Of a DNA stretch of 64,000 nucleotides, positions 62,941 through 64,000 are shown piece by piece; within the stretch, counting starts at the first letter, position 1; every line of letters starts with the position of its first letter. The position numbers and the translations under genes are program-made. Source of the DNA: Octopus sinensis (lineage: Eukaryota); the NCBI RefSeq assembly GCF_006345805.1, contig NC_042997.1, forward strand, positions 168,392,001-168,456,000, in the 5' to 3' direction. The notes under the pieces were generated by a model. That model was not told the DNA's origin. It saw nothing but the letters and a program-made list of their open reading frames with translations, and searched no databases.

Positions 62941-63955
62941 TCATCATCATCATCGTTTAACGTCCGTTCTCCATGCTAGCATGGGTTGGACGGTTTGACC
63001 GGGGATCTGGAAAGCCAGAAGGCTGCACCAGGCTCCAGTCTTATCTGGCAGTGTTTCTACAGCTGGATGCCCTTCCTAACGCCAACCACTCCGTGAGTGT
63101 AGTGGGTGCTTTTTACGTGCCACCTGCACAGGTGCCAGGCGAGGCTGGCAACGGCCACGGTCGGATTGGTATATATATATACGTATACACACACACACAC
63201 ACATATAGTTGAAATATATAGAAAAACAAAAGATGAAGATGGGTGTATGAACAGCAAGCAAGTGTATTAGTTTGATGCTTGAGAAAATGAAAAAGTCTTT
63301 TATGTTTCGGGCCTATGCTTTTCAACAAAAAGGAATAAGGGAAAATAAACAGAGAGAGAATGAAAAATCTTATATATATACATATACACATTTATGTATT
63401 TGTTTTGCAAAGATTCTTGATGTGAAGATGTATATTGAAACAGATATTGTTATCGTTGGGGATGGTAATTTACTTATTTTTCTTTTGCTAGTTAAAAACA
63501 TGCAAAAGAACATTGATAGACGTATGAACTGAAAATAATATGAATAAAAACTAAAGTGAAGATGAAATAAATAGTGTGTGTGTGTTTAATTGGCAATAAA
63601 TAAATAAATAAATAAAATAACTATCTCCAAGTACAACAATATATAAATATATATATAAATGTACATACTACTACTACTACTACTACTACTACTAATAATA
63701 ATAATAATAATAATAGTAATAAAAAGAATTTTACAACTTATTCACCAACAGGTGAGTATAATGAAAGCAATATTAACAGAAATGTAAAAAATAATACCTG
63801 GCTTTCTATGGCACTTCGGATTTTTGAAGCAAAACTGCCTTTAAATCTATTTATAATAAAAGCAGCTCCTCCGTGAAAGTCTATACTGGGCTTTGGAACT
63901 GAAGCAGAACAAGCACCCATCTGAGCAGATATTTTTTTAGTTTTTATATTCTCAC
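40237..63955 (-). CDS. LBP/BPI (lipopolysaccharide-binding / bactericidal permeability-increasing) family gene, 5'-partial; complement join(63955..63798,59265..59199,56632..56544,54950..54768,53733..53665,52419..52255,51583..51516,49702..49657,47563..47500,42244..42165,40455..40237)
   Basis: Eleven exons with canonical splice sites and fully compatible phases give an open frame of about 401 aa. It contains the BPI1 disulfide pair (MGACSAS...SQIC), the linker (LLQPP..SLETDLKGEVFW), the BPI2 motif (ISSYLFNSFAYV), LNTTC...CIG..IP, and GIP.....ISNTKLHF. Exon sizes (67, 89, 183, 165, 68, 46, 64, 80) parallel the recalled vertebrate BPI/LBP structure. Confidence 0.92.
40562..40982. mobile_element. 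MITE with 29-bp TIRs and 8-bp TSD
   Basis: ggatcttttcggtttgaacg(a/g)ca(a/g)ttttt at both ends; flanks attaccag / attatcag. Confidence 0.85.
42165..42244 (-). CDS. LBP/BPI exon (KKGETGIPISTLIKTNKISNTKLHFGM)
   Basis: tatttcag / gtgagt, 80 nt; G.P.P-like motif. Confidence 0.88.
42570..43162 (+). mobile_element. Penelope-like element 3' fragment (GIY-YIG endonuclease), one internal stop
   Basis: CGDKRCGIC zinc motif, TCKTQNLIYCITCPKCKENYIGET (GIY-YIG), R..H, HL..C, E.HFIEKFSPKLN*. Confidence 0.85.
43365..43650. repeat. Degenerate (TA/TG)n low-complexity tract
   Basis: Seen directly. Confidence 0.92.
44590..44820 (-). mobile_element. tRNA-derived SINE, family A, with 20-bp TSD
   Basis: ttccacagacatatgtacct at 44570-44589 and 44820-44839. 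Confidence 0.92.
45993..47410 (-). repeat. RTE 3'-tail copy with expanded 62-bp tandem array (17 near-identical units, 46238-47292)
   Basis: Unit gccaccagcacggaggggaggcaaggctggcaacgaccatgatcggat(g/t)gtgctttttat(a/g)t; starts at 46238, 46300, 46362 ... 47231. Confidence 0.95.
47500..47563 (-). CDS. LBP/BPI exon (EKQFQMTINLFVNMFVLPQLN)
   Basis: cccttatttcag / gtaagt, 64 nt; VLP.LN motif. Confidence 0.9.
47911..48464. repeat. Fold-back element with ~227-bp inverted arms and 97-bp spacer, each arm carrying a hammerhead-like core
   Basis: Arms 47911-48137 and 48235-48464 are near-perfect reverse complements. Confidence 0.92.
48056..48111 (-). ncRNA. Type I hammerhead-like motif, second family; mirror copy on + at 48261-48316 with core mutated to TTGATGA
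   Basis: ttcca-CTGATGA-GGC aaa GCAT ttctt ATGC aga GCC-A-GAAA-T ccgga A-TC-tggaa; one extra A before GAAA. Confidence 0.5.
48605..48760. repeat. Perfect palindrome with 75-bp arms and 6-nt loop
   Basis: 48605-48679 is the exact reverse complement of 48686-48760. Confidence 0.95.
48690..48727 (+). ncRNA. Minimal type I hammerhead ribozyme motif (Penelope pLTR type); mirror copy on the minus strand at 48638-48675
   Basis: ctgt-CTGATGA-acg gcaa cga-GAAA-ctc a gag-TA-acag: stem I ctgt/acag, catalytic core, GUA cleavage triplet; A-A mismatch at the base of stem II. Confidence 0.6.
48866..48983 (-). repeat. Short RTE 3'-tail copy
   Basis: (cat)n cgtttaacgtccgctttccatgctagcatgggttgg. Confidence 0.85.
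49657..49702 (-). CDS. LBP/BPI exon (VKLGVIRKGLPIKIN)
   Basis: ttattgcag / gtaagt, 46 nt, phase 2 to 0. Confidence 0.83.
50151..50556 (-). mobile_element. tRNA-derived SINE, family B, full length
   Basis: Head tggctgtgtggtaag..gggttcagtcc, core gccttgtgagtggatttggtagacggaaactgaaagaagcc, internal microsatellite, (aaaagagt)n tail; candidate TSD ctatataa. Confidence 0.88.
50582..50990 (+). repeat. Diverged RTE-tail-like copy preceded by a different ~42-bp tandem repeat (about 4 units, 50582-50725)
   Basis: gagtgttgggcctcatggaggcaaagtggc-like units; single gtgctggtggcacataaaaacacc motif; (gat)n tail. Confidence 0.7.
51516..51583 (-). CDS. LBP/BPI exon (TIHTEGKSDIAKQIIHFKLSALS)
   Basis: tttttcag / gtatgt, 68 nt, phase 0 to 2. 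Confidence 0.87.
52255..52419 (-). CDS. LBP/BPI exon (IGKLYPNQVLSVFVESFQMPDVFIKSGDMLLDVYLNVYLYLSTDSPNKPLLILPL)
   Basis: cattgtag / gtgagt, 165 nt. Confidence 0.9.
53665..53733 (-). CDS. LBP/BPI exon (IPNKSILNTTCSNGMCIGHLIPA)
   Basis: ttttctttcag / gtaagc, 69 nt. Confidence 0.9.
54170..54475 (+). mobile_element. R4/Dong-like non-LTR retrotransposon 3' remnant (restriction-like endonuclease)
   Basis: Remnant IDIVI..D, KE.EK..K.KDL, TIPVIVGALGMIK, IPGLPSMQEVQKIVLTG. Confidence 0.7.
54707..54756. repeat. (AAT)n microsatellite about 12 nt from the LBP/BPI donor site at 54768
   Basis: Seen directly. Confidence 0.95.
54768..54950 (-). CDS. LBP/BPI exon (GEVFWMDNHEECPLPVRPMEIIPPSVGASMIAAQISSYLFNSFAYVAHKNKIIRMTITSKN)
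   Basis: ttttgcag / gtgagt, 183 nt, start of BPI2 domain. Confidence 0.92.
55665..56229 (+). mobile_element. Internally deleted mariner element with TIRs
   Basis: Perfect 19-bp TIR ttgggttgtccggaaagtt, TA on both sides, C-terminal remnant HPPYSPDIAPSNFHLFRSLQNSL. Confidence 0.92.
56544..56632 (-). CDS. LBP/BPI exon (SNIHFMNSFYLNVDLLQPPIINTSLETDLK)
   Basis: tttattacag / gttagt, 89 nt, phase-compatible. Confidence 0.88.
56784..56945. mobile_element. mariner-type terminal fragment
   Basis: tacaagggagtgctgaaaagttcctgg resembles a mariner TIR; no partner end found. Confidence 0.45.
56955..59107 (-). mobile_element. Degraded piggyBac transposon (transposase pseudogene ~58300-56955), interrupted by a SINE
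   Basis: Remnant motifs D(K)QLVSFR, YIPSKPGKYGIKIWAICD, TCDNFFTS, LVGTIRKN, YNKTKG.VDTLDKM, RWPMVIFYNMIDIS; TTAA-CCTTT end at ~59107-59111 on the minus strand. Confidence 0.85.
58311..58692 (+). mobile_element. tRNA-derived SINE, family B, inserted in the piggyBac remnant
   Basis: Same structure as 50151-50556. Confidence 0.88.
59199..59265 (-). CDS. LBP/BPI exon (ICSSSTISSINSELAKVINEIP)
   Basis: ttcttcag / gtaagt, 67 nt; equivalent to [21 protein letters not shown]. Confidence 0.88.
60535..61805 (-). mobile_element. Degraded Tc1/mariner-superfamily transposon, probably maT (DD37D)
   Basis: Degenerate TIRs (cagggtgcgatgggtaaattgt vs tagggtgcactgaataaattgt); remnant WQQDSA.CH...NSPDCNPLDYYVW with D as the third catalytic residue; about 1.27 kb. 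Confidence 0.8.
62165..62676. mobile_element. MITE (pogo/Tc1-like) with 25-bp TIRs and TA TSD
   Basis: ccataaatcctcgagtatagtccac vs reverse complement ccatagatcctcgagtataatccac; TA at both flanks. Confidence 0.88.
62939..63170 (-). repeat. RTE 3'-tail copy with one VNTR unit
   Basis: Shared tail. Confidence 0.88.
63798..63955 (-). CDS. LBP/BPI exon (ENIKTKKISAQMGACSASVPKPSIDFHGGAAFIINRFKGSFASKIRSAIESQ)
   Basis: Poly-T tract + tttag acceptor, gtatta donor, 158 nt; BPI1 segment. Confidence 0.88.
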
Positions 63956-64000
63956 CTAAAGTAATAAAAAAAAAAATTTAATATGTCTATAAGAAAAACA

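Overview
AT-rich, repeat-dense animal genomic DNA. The retroposon and microsatellite content looks like a coleoid cephalopod, probably Octopus (inference from recalled repeat families). Two convergent multi-exon genes can be rebuilt by hand with GT-AG sites and consistent phases. (1) An ADAP1/centaurin-alpha-like gene on + with 7 coding exons from 14715 to 32517 (311 aa). Its ArfGAP zinc-finger exons were not found and probably lie upstream of the window. (2) An LBP/BPI-family gene on - with 11 coding exons from 63955 down to 40237 (about 401 aa, 5' end beyond the window) and an unusual acidic C-terminal extension of about 58 aa. The introns hold a nearly intact 4-kb RTE LINE (one frameshift, one stop, PHD-like finger), many truncated copies of its 3' end, tRNA-derived SINEs, and remnants of Penelope, R4/Dong, mariner, maT, piggyBac and Helitron-like elements, plus MITEs. 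The most unusual observations are two adjacent fold-back palindromes in an LBP/BPI intron, each carrying Penelope-type hammerhead ribozyme cores on both strands, and a small H-type-pseudoknot-like motif iterated as a VNTR (1 to about 19 copies) in the RTE 3' UTR. All coordinates were counted by hand and no searches or folding programs were run.
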